Source: an uncultured Chloroflexia bacterium | GTDB lineage: Bacteria; Chloroflexota; Chloroflexia; Thermomicrobiales; UBA6265 | Direction: 5' to 3' | DNA: 64,000 nt | NCBI GenBank assembly: GCA_963724295.1 | Contig: CAVRUC010000003.1 | Span: 107,955 to 171,954, forward strand | Shown: positions 61,870 to 64,000 of the stretch, one piece after another | How the letters are laid out: the number at the start of each line of letters is the position of its first letter | Numbering within the stretch: the first letter of the stretch is position 1 | Position numbers and translations under genes: made by a program | Notes under the pieces: model-generated | What the model was told of the DNA's origin: nothing | Databases searched by the model: none | The model's input: the letters and a program-made list of their open reading frames with translations, nothing else

Positions 61870-64000
61870 TCAGCCGAGGTCGTGGCGGACCGCGAAGACC
61901 GCCGCCGCCGTGCGCGAGTCGACGTTGATCTTCTGCATCGCATGCTGGACATGATTGCCGGCCGTGCGCTCGCTGATCGACAACGCCTCGGCGATCTCCC
62001 GATCGCTCAACCCCTCTGCCAGCAGGCGCAAGACCTCGCTTTCGCGCGGCGTCAGACCGAGCAGGTCCGCCTGGTTCGACGGAGGAGACGTCGGAACCGT
62101 GCCGGCGCCGGCGTGGTGATGGCCGTCGCCTCGGCCACCGCCACCGGCAGGGGCAACGCCGCGCCGGTGGCCCACCCGGCCGCGAACGCGTCCTCCCCCA
62201 GCGCGGCGCGGGCGGCGGCGACATCACGCCCGTGGGCAGCCCGGAAGGCCGGGTCGACCGGCAGCCCGCTGGCCTCCCGCAGCGCCGCCGCCGCCCCGAA
62301 GAGGCGGGCGGCGTGCTCCGGTTGCCCCCAGGCGATGGCAAGGCCAGCCACGCCGTCCAGCGCCAGGGCGATGATGCGGCGGTCGCCAAGCTCGGTAAAC
62401 AGGGCGAGCCCTTCGGCGAACAGCGCCACGGCCCGCGCGTCATCGCCCCGATCGCGGGCCGTGTATCCCAACCGAACGAGTGAGACGCCCATCCCCAGCG
62501 GTCGTCGATAGCGCGTTGCTCAAGGAGCGCTGCTTCGAAGCGGGACGTCGCCAGCGGGAGCGCACCCTGCGCGTAGGCCAGGGCGCCAAGGTAGCTCAGG
62601 GCGAGCCCCGCGCAGAAGGAGGCCAGCACCCGGTCGTCCAGCCGCCGCGCCCCGGCCAGCGCCTCCTCGAGATGGGCGGTCGCCTGGCCGAACTGGCCCC
62701 GCTGCATCGCCACCACCCCGAGACCGATCCAACCGAACGCGACGCCTGCCGGATCGCCATGCGCCCGCGCCACGGCCAGGCTCTCGTCGAAGCACGACTC
62801 GGCCCGCGCAGCATCGCCCTGGGCCACGGCCAGTAACCCGAGCCCGAACAATGCATCGCGCCGCAGCAGAGGCAAGGTTTTGCCGTCCCCCGCCAGTGCT
62901 TGCTCCAGCCAGGCCCGCCCCTCCTCGTACGGGCCGCGAAAGAGCCAGAAGAGCGAGAGGGAACGGGCGAGCCGCAGGAACGCCTCCGGTTCAGCCGAGT
63001 GCGCGAGCCAGTCCAGGGCCGCCCGCAGGTTGTCGTGGTCGGCCTCCAGCCGATTGAGCCAGTCTGTCTGACGCGGCCCGAGCAGCTTCAGCCTCACCGC
63101 CCAGACGGGGCCGGCGGTTGCCGACATCGTTCCGCCGATGTCGACGGGCTCCCGTCGGCCGCCTCGGCGAACGCCGTGAAGAACGCCGCGTGTTGGCGGT
63201 GAATGACCTCGCCCTCATCAGACACATCCAGGCGATCGAGTGCGTACTCGCGGACAGTCTTCAGCATGGTGTAGCGAGCTCCCCCCGAGCTGCCCTCCAC
63301 AAGGGAGGCAGTCTCGTCGCCGGGCGCGGCGCTCTGCTGCAGCAGGCTGTGATTGATGAGGGAGGTGATCCCTTCCACCGCGTCAAATGGGGTAGACGGC
63401 TGGCGCCCGCCGGAGGCGTCCGGCGCGCCAAAGCCGATCGCTTCGGCGGCGCCGAGCGTGAAACCACCGACGAAGACAGAGAGACGGCGGAAGAGCGTCT
63501 GCTCGGCGTCGTTGAGCAGGTCGTAGCTCCACAATAGTGTCCCGCATCGTCTGCTGTCGCAGGGCAGATCTCGCGCGCCGCCGCTGAGCAGCGGCAATCG
63601 CTGTTCCAGGCGTTGCAGCAGCGCCGCCGGGGGCAAGACTTTGACCGGGCTGCCGCGAGCTCGATCGCGAGCGGGAGCCCGTCGACCCGGCTGACGATGT
63701 CGGCATCCGCGCCGGCAGCGTCTCGGCGGTGAGGCTGAAATCGGGCCTGATGGCCTGTGCCCGCTCGGTAAAGAGCCTGCACTGCGGCTGGACACCCCGG
63801 CGTCATCGATCCTGGTCGAGGAGCTCAGCGGCAGCGGAGCGACGGGGGACTCGCGTTCTCCGGAGAGCCGGAGCCTGATCCGGCTGGTGATCAGGAGCGT
63901 CACCCCGGGGCAGGCGTCCAGGAGCATCGCGCAACCGTGGTCCCGCGGTGACGACCTGCTCGAAGTTATCCAGGACCAGGAGCAGGCGCCTGGCAGCCAG
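61870..64000 (-). CDS. ATPase-TPR-LuxR HTH transcriptional regulator (5' end outside window); multiple frameshifts
   Basis: LLLVLDNFEQ; DGLPLAIELAAAR; WSYDLL; LFRRLSVFVGGF; DHDNLRAAL; LTPRESEVLRLLAEGLSDREIA. Confidence 0.88.

Noticed and set aside
61870..64000. ATPase-TPR protein as an antiviral STAND (Avs) system
   Set aside because: The C-terminal LuxR HTH and absence of a visible effector domain indicate an ordinary transcriptional regulator.

Overview
High-GC bacterial chromosomal window, most consistent with Thermomicrobiales (Chloroflexota). This is inferred from the L,D-transpeptidase with PETGH repeats, the FDAFTRR..TRR Tat-type leader, the HPxxIHxGxC domain and the recurring ATPxA motif. 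Gene order: a copper/metal cluster (CopC/CopD, secreted His-rich proteins, CDF exporter), tatA, L,D-transpeptidase, M16 peptidase, a split peptide ABC transporter around a molybdopterin oxidoreductase, a pentose-phosphate operon (tkt-tal-orf-gndA-zwf-opcA-pgl-rpiA), a tungsten-type AOR/MoaD/ModE-like locus, secreted hydrolases and a decaying accessory region (53.5-64 kb). More than a dozen genes carry single-base frameshifts, most likely long-read errors. The best non-obvious signals are: (1) an unannotated ~190-nt minus-strand RNA at 24453-24651 with a near-consensus sigma70 promoter, paired ends and a U tract (6S-like geometry); (2) a secreted His-rich upstream ORF ending in PPPR plus a long hairpin ahead of the copper operon (CutF/CruR-like leader); (3) a candidate Na+-I (DUF1646) riboswitch ahead of a YugP-type peptidase; (4) a GTAG-type REP palindrome translated in frame as VGATPASPA in two unrelated genes; (5) an M24-fold protein lacking two Asp ligands inside the PPP operon. 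No tRNA, rRNA, CRISPR array or intact transposase was seen. All family calls come from motif recognition; no searches were run.
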